From: Podarcis tiliguerta
Taxonomy: Eukaryota
NCBI GenBank assembly: GCA_965153285.1
Contig: OZ229110.1
Length of the DNA stretch: 64,000 nucleotides
Reading direction: 5' to 3' (one strand)
Shown here: piece by piece, positions 22,655 through 34,879 of the stretch
Layout of the letters: each line of letters opens with the position of its first letter
How positions within the stretch are numbered: position 1 is the stretch's first letter
Notes under the pieces: generated by a model
Database searches by the model: none
Told to the model about the DNA's origin: nothing
The model's input: only the letters and a program-made list of their open reading frames with translations
Made by a program: the position numbers and the translations under genes

Positions 22655-24047
22655 TTTGGGTTAAAAGCATTAGAGAGGTTTTTCTTCATGAGTGTTGTAC
22701 TAAAGGTACAAATGCTCCTGTAAAATATTTTAAAATCATTTCCTCCTTTAGGAAGAAGAGAAGATATATAATAAAAATAAATCAAATAAGGGGACCCATT
22801 TGACCCTATAGAAACTGAGATACTGCAGCCTCAGTGCCTGTTAGTTTTCAACTGTTTCTGTTTTCAGGCACTTCCAGTAGCAACTTGTGACAGAGAATAG
22901 CCTCATTTTGCATCAAACTGGACATTGCAGCTATTAGTATGTTGCTACTTCTGCTAGCTTAAATGTTATCCTAAAAATGATTTATTTTATCTCAGCCTTA
23001 TTTTTACTAGACTATATTGGATGCTGTGTGTTGTGAAATGCCTCTGTAAAATTTGTGTTCCACTGATTCCTTTAACACTTTTATTGCGTGATGCTGCTTC
23101 CAGTACTTCCCAAAGGCATCACCTTTTATATTGGGTTTCTTTCCCGTACTGCTGCTGAGCTTGCATTCCGACTTGAGCAATCCAGCTATGGGGTTAGAGC
23201 TTTTCTAAACCTAAAATGCCAAAACACACAAGTTTACCGTAAGGTTTTGCTGTTCCTGCAGTTTCCAGGTGAATGGTGCAATTGTTTGATTTTTCCAAAG
23301 AGCACACTTAGTTGTTCAAGCCCTGGCAGGTTGTGTCATCTTCTCTTACCCAGCAGCCTAACAGGAAAGTGGCTATTTAGTCAGGCTGTGGGTTTTTCTG
23401 CATGTAATAGCTAAAATGCTAAGCAAATGTTTCATAGAGTCCAAGAAACTGATATGAAGAATTCCGTTTTTAAATCCTACATCCATGTTTTTAGAAAGAT
23501 AATTATTGGGGTGGTATTAAACATACTCAAGGGTAATCCTCCCACTGAAAGCTTTCTAGCTAGAGTACAACTGTGTATTAAAAGTAATTGTCATGGTGGA
23601 AATGAGTACCGGTAAATGCAATGTTTCTCTCAAAATGTCTGTTCCCTATTCTACTGTGTCCTACCCAGCTTGGACTGACTGTGATGCCTTAGCAAGTAAA
23701 TTCCTGTTGGTATTGGCAGCATTTGCAGCAAATGTTATAATTTGAGCTTGTATAAATGCTTAATAACTTCTGCAAGTGGGAATATGCACTGTGCTTGACA
23801 AACCTGTTTTGAGAACAGGAATTAAATCTTCTTGCTAGGCAGAGATTTCGGCTTGAAGACAAAGAATTCTCTGGTAACGCTGTGCATGTGGAAGCTGGCG
23901 AAGAAGGATGGCTTACTAACATACTGTTTTGTGCCTCTTGTAAATATTTTCTCTTCATTATTTTCCTTTGCATTTATCGTGCCTCAGCAAAACGCTGAGT
24001 GTTTTAGAGCAGCCATTTCCCACAGTGCTGCTGGGTGCATCTGTGGA

Positions 24048-24177
24048 CATAGAACCATAGAATTGTAGAGTTGGAAGGGACCCTGAGAATCATCTAGTGC
24101 AACCCCCTGCAATGCAGGAATACGCAGCTGTCCCATATGGGGATCGAACCTGCAACCTTGGCGTTATCAGCACCATG
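24048..24177 (-). mobile_element. tRNA-derived SINE with CR1 tail (Squam1/POM-like)
   Basis: Minus strand reads tggtgctgataacgccaaggttgcaggttcgatcccc...ttccaactctacaattctatg. Confidence 0.75.
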
Positions 24178-26004
24178 TGTATGGGGCTAGAAACATTTGG
24201 TTTGTTTTTATTTTAGGCAGCTGCTGGCAGCCTAAAAATGTGTGTGCGGTGGCATTAATCACACTTCTTTTCATGTTCCGCCTGCTTGTCTTAGTACTAT
24301 TTATTTAAATCCTGTGCATTTCTTGCCACATTTGCTATCACACATAACAAAGTTAAACACCGAAGCAATGAGTAAGGCTGTTCACAAAAGGGCACACTTA
24401 CCTGCCACTTGAAACGATAACAGCGGGACACTTATTAGCAAGCACATTTGAGAGAGAAAGTACACTGGCTTTCCAATTCAAAGGATAATCTTGCAATGGC
24501 AATAACGCTCCTTGTGAGCTCTGTCAAGACATTTCGGAAACGTTGCAGAACTCGTGCTATTTTAATGTAGTACAAAATCTTTGAAAAAGAGCCTTCAGGT
24601 GACTACCAAGAAAGGTTTAGAGATACTGGATTTCTATTATAATGGCAAAATAACATATGACCTACAAGCCTACCTGAGAGTTGCCACCCTTTCTATATGA
24701 CAATTCAGAAAAATACAAATTACCCAAGGTGTGTAAGCTGCTGGGTCAAAGAACTCCTTTCAGAGCCTGACCTTGGAATTCTAAAATTCATAATAGGATG
24801 AATTCTTTTCAAACTGCATTCAAAACTAATTCCCACTAAGAAATCAAAGGTGATGCCTTTTCCTGTTAAAATTATCTCTAATGAGCCCGGGGCTCAGGTT
24901 TGATGGTTAAATTTCACATATCTCCTACTGGGCGAGATACTTGCAGCATATGCTATCCTATACAATACATTAGAAATACAGTTCTGTTGTGTTCAGTGGG
25001 CCTTTGGCTGGGATCTCATACACACTTCCCTGGGTGTAAGGCCCATTCAACACAATGAGACTCACTTCTGAGTAGAAATAGGATTGCACTGTTACGCTGA
25101 CAAGTCTCCCAATTGACATTCACTCCTTTGGCAGCTGGCTCTTCAAGGGGGGAAACCAAAATATGGGTATCCTATCCCATTCTGCTAGTAGTGTAATTTT
25201 ATAGTGTAATTGTAAAACCAGTGTGAGCCATCACAGCCATGTTCATTTTCTGTCATAGCACAACCTCTTTTAATGGGCTGCAAGATTGATTAGTTTCTCT
25301 CTGAAACGTAACAAAATATGGGCTGAATGGGGGCCTTGTGCTACCCTTGTTCTTACAGTGAGGTTGCTAAAACCTCTGTTGCCCATAAGAGCAATATTTA
25401 CGGTCAGCATTTCCACCTGCTGGAAAGCTGGGGCTCCCCTGTACCAAAATTAACACAATTCCCTAGATATACTGAGTAAATGGGGTCATATGAATCAATC
25501 CTGAGTAGCAAATGCTTTATTTATTTTTCTGATGGCAGCTTCCTATCGTGATAAAACATTGCATTCTTTTTCATTGTCTTTATTATGAGCACTGTCCTGC
25601 TTTATGGTATGGCAGTATAGAAATAGTAGTATAAATACAACTGAGGTGCAGCGCTGGGTACCAAATAATTTGAATGTAGGTAATCTTCTACACTGAAGTA
25701 ACAGGTAGCCCCTTAAGGGGCCGGGAGAAGGTAAAAAGGGGAGGTATATGTATCACCTATACTTTGACCCTTGTTCAGCCTCTCTGTGCTGTTTCAGGTG
25801 CTCTTGAACAATGGACATTGACTCTTCATCTGGAGCTCATTTATCCTGGTGACTGTGGGACCATGTCTACTCTCCACTATCTATAGATGGACAAGAACCC
25901 TCGCAGCAGTTCATCCACTTTGTTGGTCTCCTTTGCACCCCAGGCACTGTGGTGTGTATTGTCAAGGTTGGTTTTTCATTCTCATACAGGATAAAAAAAG
26001 GTTA

Positions 26005-26160
26005 CAGTGGTACCTTGGAAGTCGAACGGAATCCGTTCCGGAAGCTGAAGGAAGCTTCCAAAGAACGTTCGCAAACCAGAACACTCACTTCTGTGTTTGT
26101 GGTGTTCGGGAGCCAAAACGTTCAACTTGCAAGGCGTTCAGCATCCAAGGTATTTGGTGT
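26005..26160. mobile_element. Internally deleted Tc1/mariner MITE, same family as 22016-22270 in opposite orientation
   Basis: ta-cagtggtaccttgg start; shares cactcacttctg and gagccaaaac with the reverse complement of the 22 kb copy. Confidence 0.65.
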
Positions 26161-29100
26161 TATGCTATAGAGATGGGATGGGGATGAGCTTTTTCACTGC
26201 TTGCTGGAGCTCTCAGTTCTAGGAACACATATTCTTGTTGCTTGAATAATACTAGAGGCCTGCTGTGATCAGTGATCAGATTGAATATGCATGATAACAT
26301 ATGTGCCATTTTAGAAAGAATGGCAACTACAGGCTGTTCCTTTCTTTTTTGCCCTCTGGGGCTGTGGTGATCAAAGAGTTAACTCTGACCCTCCCCTGTA
26401 CTGGCCTGGCTATTGTGCATCCCTTGCACAAAAGCCTTTCAGCTGCAAATTCCATTCTTGACTGGATGCAGCTGTTGGCCTCTGGGCTGCCTCTCTTGGG
26501 ATGCAAGATGTAGAAGCCCTGGTCAAGCATGGGGACCTGCAAGGATCTGGTGCTTGTCCCTTTTAGGTGTGGAAAGTGTGTGATTTGTGCAGCTGTCTAC
26601 TGCATGCAATGTGAATAATTCATTTCTCCTTCTCTTTGCTGTTGCCTGTTCTTCTTAGGTGCCTCCTTACCTCTCATTAGCGCAGGGCCTGGTATGTCAG
26701 CTGGAGGCAGGCTTGGTTTTTCCTGAGCCTTGATGGGATTTGTCAAGACCTTTTCCCTTTTCTTCCTGTTTATTGAACTTTGAAATAAAAGGGATGGCAA
26801 GAAGAAAGGAGCGTAAGAGCTGGATTGACCCTGGGAGAGAGAGATGTTGAAGACATTCTGATCCCCCTATTATTCCACAAGAGCTGAAGTGGGGGAAGTG
26901 GTCAAAATTGGTGGCAAAACCCTTTCCTTTAAGAAGGCAAGGCCTCTGCTCTGGAACTGGGTGACATGGGTGGGTTTTTTTTAAGGTTTCGCCTGGATTT
27001 TCTGTAATGCTTGTGAAAACTGCTGAGTGATGCTCTGATTCTGACCTTGTGGACTCAAAGTTGTCTTGAGGCACAGACTACTGTAATTATTTCTGGCAAG
27101 AGCTAGAAATGTGGAGTACTAAGAGCAGTGTGTTGTTTTTTTTACTGACAGGGGAAAGGGAACAAAGTGCGAAGCCCCTAATGGATTTTGAATTGCCACT
27201 ATTTTCATTACTTCATTTGATTGGGCGTTGGTGCCCTTTCTTGCCTGTAACATAAAAGCCCTCCTGTCCTTTTCAGCTAGGCACAGAGTCCTTATGTCTG
27301 CCACTGAGGATTATTCTACACAGAACTCAGTAAGAGATCTCTTCCCCTCACCAACAATTTGCCTTCTTGTGCAGCACACCTTCACCTCAGGAACCTCAGT
27401 TAGCGCAGCAGTGCAGGTGAATTGTTATCACAGAAGGCAACTTGGCTTACACACAAAGCAGAGCCTGGGGGACTCTGCAGACCTCCCTCCACTGCTGCCT
27501 AATCAGATTTCCCCCCTATTCTAATTCAGCCCCACCTTTCATTCCAAACATATTCTGCATGGGAAATGGGGGTCGAGGAAGGCAGTCTTAAAAGGGAGTT
27601 TTTAAATGGCAGTTTATTTTTTATTTTTATTCTCTGCTAGGGAACATTAGGAAACCATAACAGCATATTTAGAAGTAGGATGACCTGTCCAAAATCTTTT
27701 CAGCGCCTCCACTAAAATAATTGGCATTTTAAGTGTGTCACACTGTACTTCTTGTGTTTCCTAGTCATTTGATTCCACTGTCCACTGTATTTTTCTCTGC
27801 ATGGGCTATCTGAGGATAGCACTTCATGTGTTAGACTTTACACCATGAATGGTGTGTTTCTTTGGTGGGGGGGATCACCACGAATCTGTTAGTCTTTAAG
27901 GTGCCACAAGACTTTGTAATGGTTTAATTTACAGAGCTTTTAAAAGTGCTTAATGAGCATTTATGCTTTTAGTGCCCTATTTGGATCTCCATAGTCTCCT
28001 ATTCTTGGAGAGCAGACTACTCATGTGTCCAGGGCAGAATAGATGCAAAAAGAGTTTTAACTAGCCTTGAAAGATCCATCTCCACTTAATCCTTTCCAGG
28101 CACCTAGTTCTCTAAATATTAGAAATCTAATGTCAAGCATGCTATCAAAGGTTTTAATAGAGCCATTCAAAATGCACATTCTTGGCTGGGGCGAAAGGAA
28201 TTTTTTGTGGAAGTATTAGGAACCTTCTGCTCTTATGGAAGTTAAATATTTCCCAACAGGTAGAATGAAAAAACGGGACCATCTTGGATGAAAGAATAGT
28301 AAATGCTTTTGCTTGTTAAACAGATGAGTCTAGTGTGTTATAATAGTGGTGTGTTATATTACTAGTCCAGATCCAGCATTTTATAGTCCCAGTATTGAAG
28401 GCAAATATAAGCAAGCCCATTGTGGTGCTCATTTCCCAATTTTTTGTGCATTTGGTGTAGATAAAAAGCAAGAAGAATGCTGACCTCTCACTCTGCATAA
28501 GTGCGTGTTCTCCCTATCAAAAGAAACTGCTAGAAAGAATGCACACAGATTGAGGAAGTATGTCTTAAATGAACCTGCAGAGGATGACTGTTTACTAAGC
28601 AATTTATATATCACCCATCCCACACTCAGGGCATCTAACAGCAATGACAATAATAGAACGTTTATATGCAACAGAAACAAACTCTTACAAAATGCTGTTT
28701 CACCTAATAAAATGCAGCAAAGAATAAGAGCTTGCTGACAAAACAACAACCCAAGCTGTAATCTCATTTATTTGGACTTCTTTTTTTATGATTCATCCTT
28801 TAGAGCACAAGGCCAATTCACTTACCGTTCACAAGTCTCCATTTCAGTAAAGAATCTCTCTTCATGGAGAACCTTACATTAGTTGACCACACAGAGGGAC
28901 GTCCGTTTACTAGTTTGCAGTTCAGTCCTTTTATGCATTTAGAAGTGCTGTGTTCAATGGACTCGTGCCTAGGAAACTCTGTGTGGGATTGCACCCTTGA
29001 TCATGTGAGACCTATATACAGTTACAGGCTAGATAAGGCCCACGCAGACCTTGGGGCTATTGATCAGTATGAGGGGGCACTGGAACGCTTTCCTTTTTAT

Positions 29101-32100
29101 AGAGAGCTTTCCGTTTCAAATCTCATTGAAGGAAGAAGAGATTCTCTTCCTCACCATGGGTTTGTTTCCCCATTTGTTTCACAGCCTAACCTCTGGGCTT
29201 GACAGTCCAGTCCAGAATAAATCAGCTCAGCAGGTTGTAAAATGCATAGGCCACTCGGTTGTGGTTTGTGATTCCATCAACACTTCATTTGGATTTATGA
29301 TCTTCTTTGCTTTCTGCTATTAATTCCCCACTCCTCCATTCTCTCTATTTCTTGTTCAGCAACATGCCCCTGTGTGTGTCTGTGAGGACTGTCCAGCGTC
29401 AGGGAATGAACTCTACGTGCTGCAAGCAGGGATAAATTGGAAGAGTTTCTTCCTGGCATACTGGCTCCCCCATGCGCAAAGACCTCCATCCCACTGTACT
29501 ACAAAAGTTGCAATTCCACGCATGTGGATTATGGTATGTGTAACTGGGAGATACCGGTGTGAGTCTTGTATTTTCCTCCCAGCTCTAATTGGGTTTGCGT
29601 AGATATAAGTAGAAATAGGAAGGAAGGGAATGCAAAAGGATTGCAATGTAAAGCAACTGAGTCTGACTGTGTACACACCATACATTCAAAGCACATTTCC
29701 CCACTGCAAAGAATCCTGGGAACTGTAGCTTACTCCCTCACAGAGCTACAGTTCCCAGAATCCTTAAGCTACAGTTCCCAGGATTCTTTGGAGTAGAGTT
29801 TTTTACATGTGCCTTAAATTTATGGTGTTTGGGTTGCCTTTGGGTTGTTAAATTCCTCCTTTCCTTTGTGGATTGGGGTCATATTGCCCTAATCATATGC
29901 ATCTGCTGCCCCCAACTTGCACACACCGCTCTAACACTGACATTAAGCTTCTCCTTGCCAACAACCCCCTTGAAAAACAACAACACCCCCCCCCCATCAA
30001 CTTTCGCAAAAACTCTGAGAACAATGCAATAGAATGAGGAAGCCTGTGAAAAATTGTAACATTTTTATTATGAATATTATGAATATGGAGTGAGTCTTAG
30101 TCCACTTGTGGACTACTTGTCACTGTAAGCTATTCTTATTATTCTTTTAAATTCATATTCTGCTGTGACAAAAGTCCTCAAGGTGGCTTACAATTTAAAA
30201 ATCTAATCAACCATCCATGGAAGTAAGTAAGCAAACAATAAACAATGAAATTCATTAATGTAATACTTTATTTTAAATACATTAAAATAAATATATATTT
30301 TTAATCGGTCGATGTCATAACCTGTTATAATCTATTTGCTCTTCCTTTCTAACTAACCAGCCACTGCAGAACTCAGTGGGTTTTTTAAAAAAAGGGTTGT
30401 AGATTCTCAGTTGCAATACTTGTCACTGTTTGTCCTGTGCACTAAGATAATTCTTCATCTGATACTTCGCTATATCTTGCTTCTAGCAGGAAATGTGATT
30501 ATTAGTGGCTCTTTTGTCAGAGCTACAGATCTCTTTTGGATAGAGGTGCAATAGAAATACAACTCTGCTTCTCCAGACACATATTTAAAATATGATGTTG
30601 TATAACTTCGTCTCAGCTACTACTGTACTAAGCATTTTGATTGTGAATCTCTTTATCACTGATTCCAGGGATGTTTCTTATGGTAGGATTAACTTGTCTA
30701 ATCCAGAGCTGGGGAGCCTTTTTCAGGCTGTGGGCTACCTGGGCAGCCTTCTGAAGGCAACCTGCCAATAGTGGAGCCAGAGCAAAAAGTGGGCAAAACA
30801 AATGTGCAGATTTTACCTTCGTGCAGTAGGCTAGTGTATACGTACACTCTCTGTCCTCTAGGCAAGTAAGAGGCATTAGCAGCGTTCAATGACAATTCTA
30901 GCTGGGCAGAAACACCCAATAACTTCATGAGGGCCAGGTGTAGCCTGATACGGAGTCCTGGAGGGCCACATTTGGTTCCTAGCCTGAGGTTTCCCATCCT
31001 GGCCTAATCTCCTCAAGCACAATTTATTCTTATTTCTTTCATAAAAATTTTATACCAGTTGATTGGGGGCAGGGAGGAAAACCCCTGCGCCTCTTTCTCA
31101 ATATACTATTGAGAAAGTGCCATGGGCTGAGGGTGGATCTCATGGTGCTACTATAAAGAGTGCATACCTCTGTTCAGGATCAGGAATTTTGAAGCTTACA
31201 ATTTTAAACCACACCTCCTGCAACCCAGTCTCTACCAAGCACTTCTGGTCTTTGTTCCAGTTTTCTGGCATGGAAGCCACGCTTGGTCTGGCAGGACCCA
31301 GGTTTTGCAAATCCTCTCCCCTGCTCACTTAGAGGCTTGCAGTGCCTACCCCTATATATAGTGTGCATATCTGTCACTGTCGGCGAAACAGCCAATGGTC
31401 TTGGCCAGCAAAGTACTGGAGAGCTATGCAGATAGCTTTAACCACCTTTCCTCATGCCCAATCATAGAGATTTCCCTATTTTTAGTGTGGTTGCTTCTCC
31501 TTAGGCAGACAGGAGACTTGTGTATTGCTACTGTTACTACAGTGCCAGAAATAACTCTGCCTAAAGAGGACACTGGGTGGGCAGCTGGCATTGTGTATTC
31601 ATGCCAGTCCATATGCAAATATGTGAACGCCAACTGTGGCTGTTATCCATCTTTTGTCTCACGTATCATGATGTCAGTTATATCTTTTAACAATTTGAGA
31701 TTCTGTGGGCAGGTTAAATTCCAAGGTGATTTCCAGTATTATATTTTCGGGAGCAGTCACCAGTTCTGGTTGTTACGAACCATTGTTTGTGCCCTTCAAA
31801 CCACAGCACTAAATGTGTGCATAATTTCCACCCGGAGTGGCATTTTGGAATGTTGTTGGTGTGCTGCGTAATTGCAAGGCACAAAGTTAGCCATTGCATA
31901 TTCTGAGCTGTTTGAGGTCATGAGCATGCATATTCTAGGTGCTCTCCCCCTGCCCCCCCCCTCCCCGCCCAAATGCAGGAAGAATGATTATGGTGTGAGT
32001 AAGCACAGAAGCTGAATGTAGGAGGAGTCATTTATTGAGGAGGTCTACATGACAGAAAGCGTTTTAGAGACAGGGGTGCAAGTTCCAAGCAGACTTGCAA

Positions 32101-32806
32101 AATCTCAGTACTGATTGTTCTTTTCATTCTCTAAGAGTACGGAAGTAGAAGGAACTGCCCTTGTGGAATGTATCCCATTACAGCATTGCAAATTAATGGG
32201 AGGAACTGCAATCCTCTCCAGGCAGCATAAGGTAAAATGGCATGGGAACCCAGCCAACCATGATGTCCCAAGATGAATGTGGGAAGGGAAATGATAGACC
32301 TTCAGCAGTTGGGGGCAAGGCTAGGTATAGAAAAAGGGGAGCATCCTGTTGAAAAGCTAAAGTCTACATCCCCTTTCCTTAGACAACATTTATTTAGACC
32401 CAGTGTAGTTCACATGTGATTATTTAAAATAAGTGGTTTCTAGATGTCATGACTGTAGTCTAAGCATTCCATGTGCCCTGCAAATATGTCTAAGAAACTA
32501 AGGTTGCTTGGTGCTCAAAGCAGAAATTATGCCTGTCTCTTTAAGTGAGGCTCTAAAAGAGAAAGCAGCTGCTGTGCCTCCCTCCCCCTGTTTTTTCCAC
32601 TAGTTACTCACTTGGCCAACCTTCTTCCCTTGCCTTGGAGGGATGAAGGTGAAGGGAACTGGTAGTCTGCCTGCCTCCACCTACTGCTTCTAGCTGAGAA
32701 GCTGGCACCTGTAGATGTCAGTAGCAATCGCCCTGCTATTTTAAGCTTACAAAAAATATAGGAGTCAAAATTAGTCAAAATGTGTTGCTTTTGACTACTC
32801 TGCTGT

Positions 32807-33234
32807 TTATGGAGAATAAGGCTATCAATAGCTACCAGGCATTAATGACTATATATCAGCTCCAATGTCAGAGGCAGTATGTCTCTGATTGCCAGTTGTT
32901 GGGGAACATGAGCGGGAGAGGAGTATTACTCTCATGACCTGCTTGCAAGCTTCCCACAGGCATTAAAAAGGTAAAGGGACCCCTGACCAGTCACGGACGA
33001 CTCTGGGGTTGCGGCGCTCATCTTACTTTATTGGCCAAGGGAACTGGCATACAGCTTCTGGGTCATGTGGCCAGCATGACTAAGCCGCTTCTGGCAAACC
33101 AGAGCAGCGCATGGAAACACAGTTTACCTTCCCGCCAGAGCAGTCCCACAGGCATTGGTTGACCACTATGACAACAGAAAGCTGGACTAGATGGGCCTTT
33201 GCTCTGATCCAGCAGGGCTCATCTTGTATTCTTA
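32807..33234 (+). mobile_element. CR1 LINE 3' end, interrupted by a Sauria SINE
   Basis: ggctatcaatagctac...ggactagatgggcc...tgatccagcagggct...ttctta tail. Confidence 0.7.
32965..33143 (-). mobile_element. 5'-truncated Sauria SINE with 13-bp TSD
   Basis: aaaggtaaagggacccc tail; flanked by tcccacaggcatt at 32952-32964 and 33144-33156. Confidence 0.88.
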
Positions 33235-34879
33235 GCTTTAGCACAATAGACTTGAACTGTAAAAGCAAATTCTGGCCCTCCCCCAATTGATGGAATACTT
33301 CAATTTTGGTACTTGCAGTGGTGTGAATTTAGGCATGAGTTATGTGCCCTGATCCTGTTAGTTTATAGGGAAGGTTTTCTGGATGGTGTTGTGCTGCTGC
33401 ATGATTTCAATGCCTCAGTTTTCCAATAAGCGTTCACTTTGTATAGTATTGAACAGGGAAGAGCAAAAGGCAGCCTCCCAAGACATGTTTGGCTCTGTAA
33501 TTTGGTGTGGATGAACAAAACACTTTCAGAATATGGAAAAAAAATATGCTCCAAAACTGATCTGTGGGGTGTGTGTTTCTGTGTGTACACACACACACAC
33601 ACACACACCACCTAAGTAGCATAATAGCAATAACAAATAGAGATTTGAGGTGTGTTTTTTTAAGGCTACCTGCCTTTTGTGGCTGCTTGCTATAAAGAGC
33701 CCGTGAAGTGAGGGGCTGTAGGGCAGCAAAAACAGTCACATGCTGTGAACAGTTTCATCTACATCCTTCTAATAGTAAGTTGGTAACAAAGAATGCCATT
33801 ATTGGGAAGCTCCTCATCCTGTTGCTGCCAATGTTTGCCCAGTGCAAGCAAGAAGCTGCTGAGGAAGGATAGATTCCAGCCAGGAATAACAAAAGGAGCC
33901 AATTAATATGGTGAGGTTTGAGAAGGATTTTCTCTTGGGACAAAAGGATTCCTTAGAACTGAAGGTGCAGGAGTTGGGAGACCTCTGGTCCCTTGATTTC
34001 CCTCTTCCTTGTGTGATTTATGCCAGCCTACTATTTTGTCTGGCACAAGAGAGGATCATAGGGGAAGTAAAAAATCTAACCCATCACAGAAAGGTCTTGT
34101 CTTACATTTCCTAAGGGTTGTTTCTGCCTTTGAGTTAACTTGGCACAGGCCCTGACATACGTGGTGGTAATGGATAGGAGCAAAAGTACTTGTTAATGTG
34201 CAAAAGCTCTGTGTGCGCATGCGTATGTGGTGCTTTGCTTCACTTTGCAAGTATACATGGGAGAGCACATTTCTGTGTCCTAAAAAAGTTGGCCAAGGGG
34301 TTTTCATCTGTCAGTCATATTCATGATTCTGCAGCTACTGCACTAAATTATGTGCCTATGGATGCATGTGTAAACCATCATATTACTATGCGCACGTGCA
34401 CGCTTACGGGTGTCTTCGGATCTCTAATGTGTGGCTCCAGCCGAGCTGCACGCTTAATGACCTTTCCCTAAAAGCATTCTCCACCCCCTCGCTCTTGCTG
34501 CGTTTCTTGGAGAGGGAAAATTCAGAAATGGCCTGTCCTGTAGAAGTCATGCATTCCACAAAAGAAACTTTGTCCATCTTCTCCCCGCCTCTGCCCACAA
34601 CATACAAAAACTGTTTGACTAGAAGATACATTTCACTGCTTTTAATATCTTCCCTCTGCTCTCCTCTGATTGTTCACACCCTCGGCTAGGGCCAGACCTG
34701 CACCCTTCTTCTATGCATGTTTGTTGGGAATGTGACAACTGGAAAGGAGTTACTAGTTTCTTTGTACAATGAACACCCCACCTCCCTTTAGAGCCGTTAA
34801 AGGTGGGTCTGCAAACTAGCTGGAAAAACTCCCCGAGAGCTTCCTTGTCGTTGCAGTTTTGTAATGGAAATAAATGGTA

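Noticed and set aside
22861-22875. ttttcaggcacttcc is identical to the PEX16 exon 4 acceptor in inverted orientation
   Set aside because: The match stops at 15 nt; a few such matches are expected by chance in a window this size.
23819-23873. Possible coding exon ELNLLARQRFRLEDKEFS with a gtaacg donor
   Set aside because: Purine-rich weak acceptor, no partner exons and no recognisable homology.
24130-24177. tRNA-like sequence (T-arm GGTTCGATCCC), also present in Sauria SINE heads
   Set aside because: These are SINE heads without a complete cloverleaf, not tRNA genes.
28864-29202. 112-aa ATG-initiated ORF, and similar 100-160 aa ORFs at 15877, 18892 and 31395
   Set aside because: No domain similarity, no supporting splice structure, and lengths compatible with random ORFs.
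29690-29795. Hairpin-forming segments (also ~5960-6080, 20450-20580, 42250-42365, 47270-47390, 50490-50625) that could mimic pre-miRNAs
   Set aside because: They are multi-copy degenerate palindromic MITE-like repeats common in squamates (gactacaactccc / gggagttgtagtc family and relatives).
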